Source: Desulfurococcaceae archaeon
GTDB lineage: Archaea > Thermoproteota > Thermoprotei_A > Sulfolobales > Desulfurococcaceae
Reading direction: 5' to 3'
NCBI GenBank assembly: GCA_038888155.1
Contig: JAWAJB010000002.1
Span: 192,001-256,000 of the forward strand
Length of the DNA stretch: 64,000 nucleotides
Part shown: positions 1-9,177 of the stretch, in pieces
Layout: each line of letters starts with the position of its first letter
How positions within the stretch are numbered: position 1 is the stretch's first letter
Notes under the pieces: generated by a model
What the model was told of the DNA's origin: nothing
Database searches by the model: none
The model's input: the letters and a program-made list of their open reading frames with translations, nothing else
Program-made: the position numbers and the translations under genes

Positions 1-1
1 T

Positions 2-331
2 ATGAGCCACAAAGGCTCAACTAGATACTTGGATAAACACTATGAAGACATAGTTCAAGATGCGCTAAACCTAGGTATACACGGAATTGTGGTACCTGCC
101 ACTAGGCTTGATATAATCAAGAAAACGAAGGAGAGAGTGGGAAATAAGTTAAAGCTATACTCTCCTGGTATAGGAGTTCAAGGTGCAATGCCAGGAGACG
201 CCATTTGTGCAGGTGCAGACTTCGAAATTGTGGGTAGGTATATAACTAGGTCAGACAATCCGGGGAAAAGAGCTCAAGAGATATATCGGGCTCAGTTAGG
301 GAAGGTGAGACTATGTCTTGGTTCGCAGTAG
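2..331 (+). CDS. pyrF: Orotidine 5'-phosphate decarboxylase, C-terminal part (truncated by window start)
   Basis: SPGIGVQG and IVGRYIT motifs of the OMPDC C-terminus; directly upstream of pyrE. Confidence 0.9.
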   Translation: MSHKGSTRYLDKHYEDIVQDALNLGIHGIVVPATRLDIIKKTKERVGNKLKLYSPGIGVQGAMPGDAICAGADFEIVGRYITRSDNPGKRAQEIYRAQLGKVRLCLGSQ

Positions 332-912
332 AGCTGTATAAAAATGGGATGGTTAAGCTAGGCGAATTCAAGCTATCCTCAGGACTGTACAGCCCATTCT
401 ATATTGATATGAGGAGGTTATACAGTTTCCCAGATTTAACTCGTCGAGTTGTTCAGGAACTGATTTCTAGAGTACCCTTCATGGATATTGATGTTATTGT
501 AGGCGTCGAGTCTGCAGGCATACCATTGGCAGCATATATAGCATGTTTCATCAATAAGCCCATGGCCTATGTAAGAAAAGAGAAAAAGAACTATGCAACA
601 GGTCTAGGAGTTGAAGGAGATGTTTCGGGTAAGAGAGCTCTTGTAATAGATGATGTAGTTACCACTGGAAACTCGCTTTTAAAAGCAATAGTAAATCTCA
701 AAGAGGCTGGCTCAATCCCAGTGAGGACAGTGGTTCTTGTGGATAGAGAGCAGGGTGCACGGGAAAACCTCTATAGGCATGGGGTAGAACTGTATTCACT
801 AGCAACTGCAAGTAGTATATTTAGGGATCTATATAATGCTGGTCTAATCAAAGAAGGAGACTACATCAACATAATAAAATATCTTGAGTCATTTAAGAGC
901 AAGGTCGATTAA
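313..912 (+). CDS. pyrE: Orotate phosphoribosyltransferase
   Basis: GEFKLSSG..SPFYIDMR, VRKEKK loop, PRPP-binding VIDDVVTTG. Confidence 0.95.
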   Translation: MSWFAVELYKNGMVKLGEFKLSSGLYSPFYIDMRRLYSFPDLTRRVVQELISRVPFMDIDVIVGVESAGIPLAAYIACFINKPMAYVRKEKKNYATGLGVEGDVSGKRALVIDDVVTTGNSLLKAIVNLKEAGSIPVRTVVLVDREQGARENLYRHGVELYSLATASSIFRDLYNAGLIKEGDYINIIKYLESFKSKVD

Positions 913-1678
913 ATTGTTCAAGAGTGCAAGGAAACTTAGTACACGGAAGCTTAGCAGTGAGTACTATCAAGTCGAGTTCGAGCTTCTTGATGGGGTCATA
1001 GAAAAACCCAAACCACTCCAGTTTATAAATATTTGGATACCTGGGATCGATGAAATACCTATGTCAATATCTCAATATCGTGAGAATAAAGTCTCGGTTA
1101 TATTTAAGGTAGTAGGCAGGGGAACAAAGGCCCTCAGGGACACAGAAGGCTTCTTTGGAGTTAAAGGTCCTATGGGCAAATCAATAGCACTTGATGGTTA
1201 CAAGAAATTGCTGTTTATTGCAGGCGGTGTGGGCATAGCCCCACTTCCCTACCTCGTAGATTACGCGAGCAACTATGGAATAAATGTCGACGTTGTATGG
1301 GGAACTCGTAAAGGAGATATGATTTTTAATGTGAGGGAACTGGTTGCCGGTGTAGGGGATATATATTACGCTACAGAGGACTGCACTATTGGTTATTGTG
1401 GACGCGCTATCGATTTAGCGATGAAGCTCTTAGAGAAAAATAATGGAAGATGGGAAATAGCATTAGGCGTTGGACCTGTAGATATGCTAAGAGAATTGTG
1501 CTCTTCTCTTAACAAAGGCAATTTTGTGTATATATCCCTCGAGGCTTTGATTAAGTGCGGTTACGGTGCATGTGGAAGTTGTGTGTTGAAACCATTACCA
1601 ATGCTCCTTTGCAGAGACGGCCCTGTATTTAAGTGCAATGAGGTGATGCCTTATCTCGAGAATAGACCTCAAAACTAA
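884..1678 (+). CDS. pyrK: Dihydroorotate dehydrogenase electron transfer subunit
   Basis: AGGVGIAP NAD motif; 2Fe-2S motif CGYGACGSC...C(RDGPVF); pyr operon context. Confidence 0.92.
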   Translation: MSHLRARSIKLFKSARKLSTRKLSSEYYQVEFELLDGVIEKPKPLQFINIWIPGIDEIPMSISQYRENKVSVIFKVVGRGTKALRDTEGFFGVKGPMGKSIALDGYKKLLFIAGGVGIAPLPYLVDYASNYGINVDVVWGTRKGDMIFNVRELVAGVGDIYYATEDCTIGYCGRAIDLAMKLLEKNNGRWEIALGVGPVDMLRELCSSLNKGNFVYISLEALIKCGYGACGSCVLKPLPMLLCRDGPVFKCNEVMPYLENRPQN

Positions 1679-1688
1679 AATTGCAGGG

Positions 1689-2564
1689 TTGCAACTAGAA
1701 CATCCGGTGTTAAACGCAAGTGGCATACTAGGTTCAGAGCCAGAACATATCACAATTCTTGTTAATGCAGGTTTCTCTGCTATTGTGACTAAAACATTTA
1801 CAGTAAGACCAAGAGAGGGGTATCAGCCACCTATATTGGTTGAGTTAAACAATTATAGCTTCTTAAATGCAGTGGGTCTGCCTAATCCGGGCATAGATTT
1901 CATTCCGGGGTTTATAGCTAAGATCAAAGATTTCAAGAAGCCCATTATTCTCAGTATCGGGGGAAACTACATTGAAGAATACGCCAAATTAGCAATCGTT
2001 GCCGAAGAAGCAGGGGTAGACGCTATAGAGGTAAATTTAAGTTGTCCACACGTAAAAGGCTACGGCTTAGAGATAGGGTCGGATCCGTCCTCGGTGAGAG
2101 ATGTAATAAAAAATATTGCATCAGTGATAAAAATACCCATAATAGTCAAATTAGGCGTCTCGGACAGGGTCGTTGAATCGGCTGGCAAAGCACTTGAGGC
2201 TGGAGCTAAGGCAATTACATTGATAAACACCATCAAGGCCATGGCAATTGATATTTACACAAAGACTCCAATTTTATCAAATAAACAGGGAGGTCTCTCT
2301 GGTGCTTCAATAAGACCGATAGCTATTAGAGTTGTTTACGATGTCTTCAAGGAATACAGGCCAGAGATAATAGGATGCGGGGGAATTATAAGTTGGAGAG
2401 ATGCGGCAGAGTTTATACTTGCAGGAGCGAAGGCTGTTCAAATTGGAAGCGCATTCCTGAAAAATCCGAGAATCGTTTTCGAGACTATAGAGGGTCTTAG
2501 AGACTGGGTTACATTTTTAGGATTCCACAGTCTAGAAGAACTTGTAGGCGCTGCCCACAAGTAA
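1689..2564 (+). CDS. pyrD: Dihydroorotate dehydrogenase, family 1B catalytic subunit (true start probably ~1653-1662)
   Basis: NAVGLPNPG, EVNLSCPH catalytic Cys, LINT, GGLSG motifs. Confidence 0.95.
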   Translation: MQLEHPVLNASGILGSEPEHITILVNAGFSAIVTKTFTVRPREGYQPPILVELNNYSFLNAVGLPNPGIDFIPGFIAKIKDFKKPIILSIGGNYIEEYAKLAIVAEEAGVDAIEVNLSCPHVKGYGLEIGSDPSSVRDVIKNIASVIKIPIIVKLGVSDRVVESAGKALEAGAKAITLINTIKAMAIDIYTKTPILSNKQGGLSGASIRPIAIRVVYDVFKEYRPEIIGCGGIISWRDAAEFILAGAKAVQIGSAFLKNPRIVFETIEGLRDWVTFLGFHSLEELVGAAHK

Positions 2565-2574
2565 TGACTCTTAG

Positions 2575-2650
2575 TGAAGCAGATGATGAGTCCCCTAGGG
2601 GTGGAGTGTCCGCATCTTTCGGTTTTGGAGTCCTCGGTCATCCCAAGGGA
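2575..2650. ncRNA. Possible small structured RNA (degenerate C/D-box or K-turn-like)
   Basis: GC-rich intergenic island with perfect ATGATGA at 2583-2589 and CCCCTAGGGG palindrome; no clean CTGA D box. Confidence 0.25.
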
Positions 2651-2709
2651 TTAATATAGAAAAAGGTGTAATTTAAATTTACTTATGAGTAAACCTTATT
2701 AAGCGCGCT

Positions 2710-3042
2710 TTAATAATCCACTAGACCCGCTTTTTTCATTTCATCTAGGACAATTATAAGGGGCTCTACTACCTCGTGATACTCTACTTTCGCATTAGTG
2801 GAAATATCCGTTACCATGTCTTCGACTGTATGGTCTCCATCGCATAATACCCATACATAGTAAGCCAAGGGAGACAATTCGTATACAGCTTCTTCGCTTA
2901 AAGCAACGTAGAACTTATCGGCCTCCGAGCCAACAAATTGACCGCGCCTAGACGGCTTTGATTCCTTCATCTCTGTGTACTTACCTAAAACTTCGCTGTC
3001 AATCTTCTCGCTGAATTCTTTGTCATTGCTCATATCACTCAC
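2710..3042 (-). CDS. PqqD-family (RiPP recognition element-like winged helix) protein
   Basis: YELSPLAYYVWVLCDGDHTVEDMV...LDEMKKAGLV matches the PqqD pattern (L..a..iW.lcDG..tv..i...L..L...glv). Confidence 0.75.
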   Translation of the reverse strand: MSDMSNDKEFSEKIDSEVLGKYTEMKESKPSRRGQFVGSEADKFYVALSEEAVYELSPLAYYVWVLCDGDHTVEDMVTDISTNAKVEYHEVVEPLIIVLDEMKKAGLVDY

Positions 3043-3478
3043 TTCTCATGCTTCTCCTTCTTTGGAAACCTCTTCTACCAAACGAGCCACTTCTACCTGT
3101 AGCACGTGGCTGGGATTCAGGAACCGTTTCAGGAACCGAATCTCCCGAAATTTGTTTTATATTAGTACTTCTTCCTACGTTTAACTGGACTCTGCCTCTG
3201 AATTCAGTGACCCAGGCGCCGTTTATCTCGACAACATCGCCGGTCTTTAGTGCCCCTGCTTTTTCGCCCCATAACACAGCTTCTACTCTGCCTGTTGAGT
3301 CGCCCACAATGGCATTGCTTATAGTTCGGGCGCCCCTTTTCGTATCAATTGTTCTTGGTTCACTTGTCTCTAGTACCCTGACCCTTACTGTTACGTTCTC
3401 CATTCCCGGGTTCAGTTGCATTACATTTAAAGGAGCTGTAGAACCCCTTGCCTCTCTATTCTCTGGTTCTATTCCCAT
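3035..3478 (-). CDS. ssb: Crenarchaeal single-stranded DNA-binding protein (single OB fold, Gly/Arg-rich tail)
   Basis: NVTVRVRVLE..RTISNAIVGDSTGRV..LWG..NGAWVTEFRGRVQLN closely resembles Sulfolobus SSB. Confidence 0.92.
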   Translation of the reverse strand: MGIEPENREARGSTAPLNVMQLNPGMENVTVRVRVLETSEPRTIDTKRGARTISNAIVGDSTGRVEAVLWGEKAGALKTGDVVEINGAWVTEFRGRVQLNVGRSTNIKQISGDSVPETVPESQPRATGRSGSFGRRGFQRRRSMRSE

Positions 3479-3581
3479 TTAACCCAACTCGCATACCGAT
3501 TGAACGTTTTCCAGTACTTTGATAAGGGTTAATAAATATTTTTGTGATCATCTCCTTGCAGGGGGCTCAATGGAGTTGTGG

Positions 3582-3821
3582 CTATTTACCACCAGCGAAT
3601 GGCGGCATTACTAACACTACGTCACCGTTGTTTAGTACCTGCCCTTCCTTTGGGAATCTGTAATTTACAAGAATTATAGGTTTGATCTTTATGTCATGGA
3701 GCTCGCTAGATAAGATTTCTATTAACTTTTCAACAGTAGTCAATTCGGGTAGCTCGTAAATTCTTTGTTTCCCCAATTTCTCAGCGTAAATAGAGATAAA
3801 GTTTACGACGACTTTAATCAT
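3582..3821 (-). CDS. moaD: MoaD/ThiS ubiquitin-like sulfur carrier
   Basis: 79 aa beta-grasp pattern ILVN...LNNGDVVLVMPPFAGG(K); divergent from aor. Confidence 0.85.
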   Translation of the reverse strand: MIKVVVNFISIYAEKLGKQRIYELPELTTVEKLIEILSSELHDIKIKPIILVNYRFPKEGQVLNNGDVVLVMPPFAGGK

Positions 3822-3862
3822 GCCCCCATCTCCTTTTGAAGAGCAAGAGACAAAATATCCCT

Positions 3863-3879
3863 AGTAATACCGTATTACT
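3863..3879. promoter_or_regulatory. Palindromic candidate operator in the moaD/aor divergent promoter
   Basis: AGTAATAC-C-GTATTACT perfect 8-bp inverted repeat. Confidence 0.4.
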
Positions 3880-3968
3880 TAGTATTGTTTTTGGTTTTTA
3901 TAAATAAAATAATCCAGTGTACAATATATTTATATAGGTTTGTTTTTATTAATAAAGGGTAATATCCA

Positions 3969-5861
3969 ATGCTCGGAGGATACATGGGTAAAATCCTTCG
4001 CGTTGACTTATGGAAGGAAAAAGTATACCATGAACCCTTACCTCCTGAACCCACCTTGAGAATGTGGCTTGGCGGAAGAGGTCTAGGCGTTTACTACATG
4101 TTAAAAGAAGTTAAACCAGGGATAGATCCACTGAGTCCTGAGAACAAAGCTATTGTAGCCACCGGACCATTAACTGGTGTGGCGGGGATACCAGCCTCTG
4201 GTAGATGGTGTTCTATAACAAAGTCTCCGCTGTCAAACACCATACACGATTCTCACAGTGGCGGGAAGTTTGGTCCTGAGTTAAAGTTTTCTGGCTTCGA
4301 TATGGTCATCATCGAAGGTAAGGCCGAGAGACCTGTTTACTTATGGATTCATGATGGCAAAGCAGAGTTAAGAGATGCAAAACACCTTTGGGGAATGGAC
4401 ACACACTCAACTACGGACACTATCATTGAGGAGATTTCCCCGTTAATAGGCAAGGATGAGTCAAAACAGATTAAGGTAGCGTGTATAGGTCCGGCAGGAG
4501 AGAGACTGGTGAGGTTTGCGTGTATAATTAATGACAAGGGAAGGGCAGCTGGTCGTGGAGGACATGGAGCCGTTTGGGGGAGTAAGAACTTTAAGGCTAT
4601 AGCTGTAAGAGGACACATGAAGCCACCTATAGGCAATGAGGCGCTCTTCAAAGAAGTAGTAGTTAAGTCAATTGACTTAATTAAAAAGTCTCCAGTAACC
4701 AGCGAGGGATTACCGAAATACGGAACCGCCATATTAGTAAACATAATTAACGCCCATGGAGTATTTCCGACTATGAACTTCAAGAAGAGCGTATTTGAAG
4801 GCGCCGAAAAGATTAGCGGAGAGACAATCGCCAGAGATATCATGGATTGGGACAAGCAAAAGGCATCCATATGTTGGGGATGTCCTATTGGATGCGCAAG
4901 ATATACACGTGTAAGAACAGAAAAGTTCTCTGGCGAAGGCGACGGCCCCGAATATGAGACGGTGTGGTCTTTAGGAGCCCAAACAGGCACCGATGATCTC
5001 TCTGCTGTGGCCAAGGCTCACTACCTTACTAACGAGCTCGGTCTAGACGGCATAACAATGGGGCACGTCATTGGCACATTCTTCGAGTTGGTGGAAAGGG
5101 GCAAAATACCTCAAGATCAGCTTAGGGGGCTAAACGCAACGTGGGGTAGAGGAGAGGCAATTGTAGAGTTAGTTTGGAGGACTGGATATAGATCCGGTAT
5201 TGGTAATGACATCGCAGAGGGATCGATGAGACTTGCAGCCAAGTATGGGGACCCAGAAGTAGCTATGACCGTGAGAGGCCAAGAGCTACCTGCATATGAC
5301 CCGAGGGGCATTCAGGGTCATGCTTTGGCATATGCTACAAGCAACCGTGGAGGTTGTCACCTACGGGCTTATCTGATCTCCCCTGAAATACTTGGTGTCC
5401 CATTAAAATCAGACAGATTTGTTACGGAAGGTAAAGGAAAGTTGGTAAAGGAAATGCAGGACTCGTTTGCCGTTGTAGATAGTATGGTTGTGTGTAAATT
5501 CGTTACATTCGCGTATTATGCAGATGTGCTATCGGAGCAAATATCTTCAGTCACTGGATGGAATTTAACCTTAGAGGAGTTTTACTCGATTGGGGAGAGA
5601 ATTTACAATGCAGAAAGAGTATTCAATGTATTGTCTTTTGGAGACGGCGAAGACTATGATACTCTACCTAAGAGATTATTGGAGCAACCAATTCTAGATG
5701 GTCCTTCAAAGGGGTATGTAGCTAAGATCAATGAAATGTTACCAGAATATTACGCTGCTAGAGGGTGGAAAAAGGGAAGACCAACACGGGCAAGATTGGA
5801 AGAGCTAGGCTTAAAATGGCTAGCCAATAGATTAGAGGAAGAAGGCCTACTTTTAGGCTGA
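3969..5861 (+). CDS. aor: Tungsten-containing aldehyde:ferredoxin oxidoreductase
   Basis: GRAAGRGGHGAVWGSKNFKAIAVRG pterin motif, CWGCPIGC + CKF 4Fe-4S ligands, GPEYET, DPRG, NRGGCH. Confidence 0.95.
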   Translation: MLGGYMGKILRVDLWKEKVYHEPLPPEPTLRMWLGGRGLGVYYMLKEVKPGIDPLSPENKAIVATGPLTGVAGIPASGRWCSITKSPLSNTIHDSHSGGKFGPELKFSGFDMVIIEGKAERPVYLWIHDGKAELRDAKHLWGMDTHSTTDTIIEEISPLIGKDESKQIKVACIGPAGERLVRFACIINDKGRAAGRGGHGAVWGSKNFKAIAVRGHMKPPIGNEALFKEVVVKSIDLIKKSPVTSEGLPKYGTAILVNIINAHGVFPTMNFKKSVFEGAEKISGETIARDIMDWDKQKASICWGCPIGCARYTRVRTEKFSGEGDGPEYETVWSLGAQTGTDDLSAVAKAHYLTNELGLDGITMGHVIGTFFELVERGKIPQDQLRGLNATWGRGEAIVELVWRTGYRSGIGNDIAEGSMRLAAKYGDPEVAMTVRGQELPAYDPRGIQGHALAYATSNRGGCHLRAYLISPEILGVPLKSDRFVTEGKGKLVKEMQDSFAVVDSMVVCKFVTFAYYADVLSEQISSVTGWNLTLEEFYSIGERIYNAERVFNVLSFGDGEDYDTLPKRLLEQPILDGPSKGYVAKINEMLPEYYAARGWKKGRPTRARLEELGLKWLANRLEEEGLLLG

Positions 5862-5870
5862 TCTATTAAT

Positions 5871-5880
5871 TCTTTTTTTT
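5871..5880 (+). terminator. Oligo-T archaeal terminator after aor
   Basis: TCTTTTTTTT ~10 nt after the stop codon. Confidence 0.45.
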
Positions 5881-5916
5881 GAATTTTCATAATCGCTTTC
5901 CATGAGGGTATGATCC

Positions 5917-7011
5917 TTGGTTATAGATGTAGGAGATTGGGAGATCAAGTTAAAGAAATATTCAAATCCCCGCGAATTAATTGTAGAGATCTCTACGCGG
6001 TGTAATCTTTCCTGTGTTCACTGCTTCCGTTACAGTGCCGAAGAACTAGCTTATCAGGACATGAAGACAGACGAGTTTAGACTTATCGTCAATAATGCGA
6101 TATCCTCAGGGATTAGGAAATTAGTGTTTTCGGGTTGGGGGGAACCAACGATAAACCCTTATTTTGGAGATATGTTGGAGTTCGCTAAGAGCAGAGGACT
6201 CTACGTGGTTGTTAATACTAATGGCTCATTGATAGGAAAGTACATAAATTTTCTCCTAGACTTGGCGGACGAGCTCTATATTAGCATTGATGCAGTAGAT
6301 GCTTCGATATATGAGCAGATAAGAAAAGCGAGCAATTTATCCGCGCTCTCAAGTGATTTAGTCCAGCTCGCTTATCTGAAGAAAAGTAGGAGGACACAAA
6401 AACCAATTATCAAGGCTATTTTCACTATAACTCGGTTTAATGTTGATCAGATGCTTAAACTCCCAGATTATGCTGTTGACGTTGGTATCCAGGAAATATA
6501 TCTAAGTCACTGTATACCTTACGTAGGAGGCATCGAAAAAATAGACTGTTTAAGCGATCAAGAATGTTTGAGTAGGCTAAGCAATCACATTGATAAAATA
6601 GCAGTTAGATTAATAAGTATGCCCATTAAGATGTGGCTGCCTAAGGCTGGTTACTACACTTCTAGAATTTGTCCCTTTATAAATAATAAAGCATTATTTG
6701 TAGGAGTTGACGGCAAGATCTCGCCTTGTATGTATATGGCGCATTCCTGGCATCCAATACTAGGCGGGGTTAAGCGAACAATTAAGAGAGTGGTGATCGG
6801 CGATGCCTTAAGAGAGAACATAGTATATGTTTGGCACAAAAACGCAAATATGATTTTCAAGCTATATTTCAACTACATGCCTTCATGCATAGACTGTGAG
6901 CTCGTGAACTGGTGTAGTTATACTCTGAGTAACGAGGTTGATTGCTGGGGAAATTCTCCTAACTGTTCTCACTGTCCATATCATTATAGATTATCGTATT
7001 GTCCCCTATGA
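5917..7011 (+). CDS. Radical SAM/SPASM protein, tungsten-cofactor oxidoreductase maturase type
   Basis: CNLSCVHC, GWGEP, Cys-rich C-terminus (CIDCELVNWC..CWGNSPNCSHC..CPL); directly downstream of aor. Confidence 0.85.
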   Translation: MVIDVGDWEIKLKKYSNPRELIVEISTRCNLSCVHCFRYSAEELAYQDMKTDEFRLIVNNAISSGIRKLVFSGWGEPTINPYFGDMLEFAKSRGLYVVVNTNGSLIGKYINFLLDLADELYISIDAVDASIYEQIRKASNLSALSSDLVQLAYLKKSRRTQKPIIKAIFTITRFNVDQMLKLPDYAVDVGIQEIYLSHCIPYVGGIEKIDCLSDQECLSRLSNHIDKIAVRLISMPIKMWLPKAGYYTSRICPFINNKALFVGVDGKISPCMYMAHSWHPILGGVKRTIKRVVIGDALRENIVYVWHKNANMIFKLYFNYMPSCIDCELVNWCSYTLSNEVDCWGNSPNCSHCPYHYRLSYCPL

Positions 7012-7177
7012 GCACTAGATTTTTATTCATTGACCAATTAACAAAAATCAAGGTAATTAACTACTAAAGGCTAAATTTTAATGAATGTATAGGACAACTC
7101 TATTGACGTTGTAGAAATATTAAGGCATAACCGTCTACATATTTTGCAGAACGGGCCTACGATAGGGGTCGCAATAA

Positions 7178-7459
7178 ATGGCTTATGACCAATTTTTAAT
7201 TGAAAGTGATGCGCCGGTAAACAGCAGAGAGACCAATAACGCACTAAAAATCCTATTAATTGCATATAATAAAGCTGATTGTTATTTCAGCAAGGGTTAC
7301 TTAAATAGTGAGGGAATTAAATTAGTAAATATAGCTATGCGAAGCATAATTAAGAAGCACCCACAATATATTGTCTATTTTAAGAAGTTGAGGAAGAGCA
7401 AATCCTACGAGCACTTCTTAAAACTACTGGGCGCCGTTGAAGCTATCGCACATCAGTAA
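7178..7459 (+). CDS. Small hypothetical protein
   Basis: 93 aa ORF filling the gap, Lys-rich helical composition; no motif recognised. Confidence 0.55.
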   Translation: MAYDQFLIESDAPVNSRETNNALKILLIAYNKADCYFSKGYLNSEGIKLVNIAMRSIIKKHPQYIVYFKKLRKSKSYEHFLKLLGAVEAIAHQ

Positions 7460-7905
7460 CTTTCGACGTAGACCATGTCTTCTGTGCAACTGTTTTCTTC
7501 GGCTAGGTTATACGCTCTGTATATACATTGTTCTGGTAAATCGCTACATTGAAATAAATGAGATACGCTAATTGATTTATCTGTACAGCCAAACTTGGGT
7601 ATGTAGTTAAAGTTTAGAGCCAGCTGTTTAGCAATTTCGACTTCGCAATCGCTACATTTGGACTTGATCAGAAGACAACCTAGGATTTCGACACAGTAAT
7701 TCGCCGTCAACGCATCTATATGCCACTTTAGACTTTTTTCTTTCGATAGATGACGCGATATCCTTGCAAGAGCTCCTCCAGGGCCCTTGCTTGAACCAAC
7801 ATATAAGTAGAGATTGGGGATCACTTTGACTATCTTATTCGCTAATAGTATCTCGATGTGAGACTTAACTTTGAGCACTAGAATGTAGCAATCCCAATGA
7901 TTCAT
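7453..7905 (-). CDS. GIY-YIG nuclease family protein (DUF123-like)
   Basis: YLYVGSSKGPGG..RISRH...WHID, FGCTD..SHLF pattern. Confidence 0.8.
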   Translation of the reverse strand: MNHWDCYILVLKVKSHIEILLANKIVKVIPNLYLYVGSSKGPGGALARISRHLSKEKSLKWHIDALTANYCVEILGCLLIKSKCSDCEVEIAKQLALNFNYIPKFGCTDKSISVSHLFQCSDLPEQCIYRAYNLAEENSCTEDMVYVESY

Positions 7906-8028
7906 ATATAGGTATTGCCCTCGGTTTTCGATTTAGTAATTATTAAGTGCCTGTTAGATATAACTTTTTTGGCAATTAAACAATGCCTTTAGCATAGTTT
8001 AAAATCAATAAAAAATAGAGGTGTTCAT

Positions 8029-9177
8029 TTGATCAGTGAAGACCTTCAGGAACTTATTCAGTTAATTAAAAGGTTTAGGATCGAGTTGGTGAAGCCGTTT
8101 GTGGGAAGAGAGGATGAAGGACTGGCAATCACTCTTGCACTTATGACTTCAGAACACATTGTTCTAATTGGCGAGCCGGGCACCGCTAAATCTGCTTTAG
8201 CAAGAAGGGCGGCAGACCTCCTTAAAGCAAGGTTCTTTAAGTACCTTCTCACGCGATTTACGGAACCAGACGAGCTATTTGGACCACTAGATATTTCAGC
8301 TCTCAAAAATGGTCGGTATGTACGAATTACCAAGGGTAAATTGCCTGAGGCCGAAATAGCCTTTCTTGATGAGATTTTTAACGCAAGCTCAGCTATACTT
8401 AACACTCTCCTAACGTTGCTCAACGAGAGAGTTATCTACGATGGGTATAACGAAATAGCTGTCCCCCTATGGGCTTTAGTATCTGCAAGTAATAGTGTGC
8501 CTGAGGAACTTGAATACCAGGCCTTATACGATAGGTTTCTCCTAAGACACTTCGTTAAGCCTGTTAGTGAAGACAGGTGGATGGACTTAATTAATGCTTC
8601 ATGGCTTATTGAGAAGGATGGATATAGGGCATGTACCCCTCTTCTAACAATAGAAGATCTGAAAACAATTAATTCTCTATTATTGAGTGTAGATATATCC
8701 AACATAAAGCCTTTGCTAATAAAATTATATGCCGTACTGGAAGATCAGGGAATTCACCTAACTGACCGCAGAAAGGGAAAGATCCTCAAGGTAATAGCTG
8801 CTCACAGCTTCCTTAATGGCAGGTTAACAGCCAATGAAGAGGATCTATCAGTTTTAAAATACGTTGCTCCGCGCGATCGTGCAGAAGCTGAAAAAATTCA
8901 CATTATCTTAATAGAGGAACTAGAGACTAGGGATAAGTTATTAAACGAACTACAAGATATCGTAAGTAACATCAGGGAAGTAAAGACCTTGCTAGGCAAA
9001 TTACAGGACTTCGATCCTAAATTATTGGAGTACTTAAGGGGATTTGAGAGAGCACGCAATAAAATTAATAAAATTGTTGAGAGCACTACAGATGAGGACG
9101 TCAAAAAGAAAGCAATCGATACTTTAAGTGAGTTAAACAACATTGTGGACGAGATTAAGAGAAGGCTGTTAATATGA
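8029..9177 (+). CDS. MoxR/RavA-family AAA+ ATPase
   Basis: Walker A GEPGTAKS, TRFTEPDELFGP, Walker B FLDEIFNA, ALYDRF. Confidence 0.9.
   Translation: MISEDLQELIQLIKRFRIELVKPFVGREDEGLAITLALMTSEHIVLIGEPGTAKSALARRAADLLKARFFKYLLTRFTEPDELFGPLDISALKNGRYVRITKGKLPEAEIAFLDEIFNASSAILNTLLTLLNERVIYDGYNEIAVPLWALVSASNSVPEELEYQALYDRFLLRHFVKPVSEDRWMDLINASWLIEKDGYRACTPLLTIEDLKTINSLLLSVDISNIKPLLIKLYAVLEDQGIHLTDRRKGKILKVIAAHSFLNGRLTANEEDLSVLKYVAPRDRAEAEKIHIILIEELETRDKLLNELQDIVSNIREVKTLLGKLQDFDPKLLEYLRGFERARNKINKIVESTTDEDVKKKAIDTLSELNNIVDEIKRRLLI

Noticed and set aside
4349-5014. 221-aa antisense ORF in aor, and the many similar antisense ORFs in the track
   Set aside because: Shadow ORFs of well-supported genes with S/I/P-rich antisense composition
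7453-7905. GIY-YIG gene as a homing endonuclease or mobile element
   Set aside because: DUF123-type stand-alone archaeal gene; no intron, intein or flanking repeats seen
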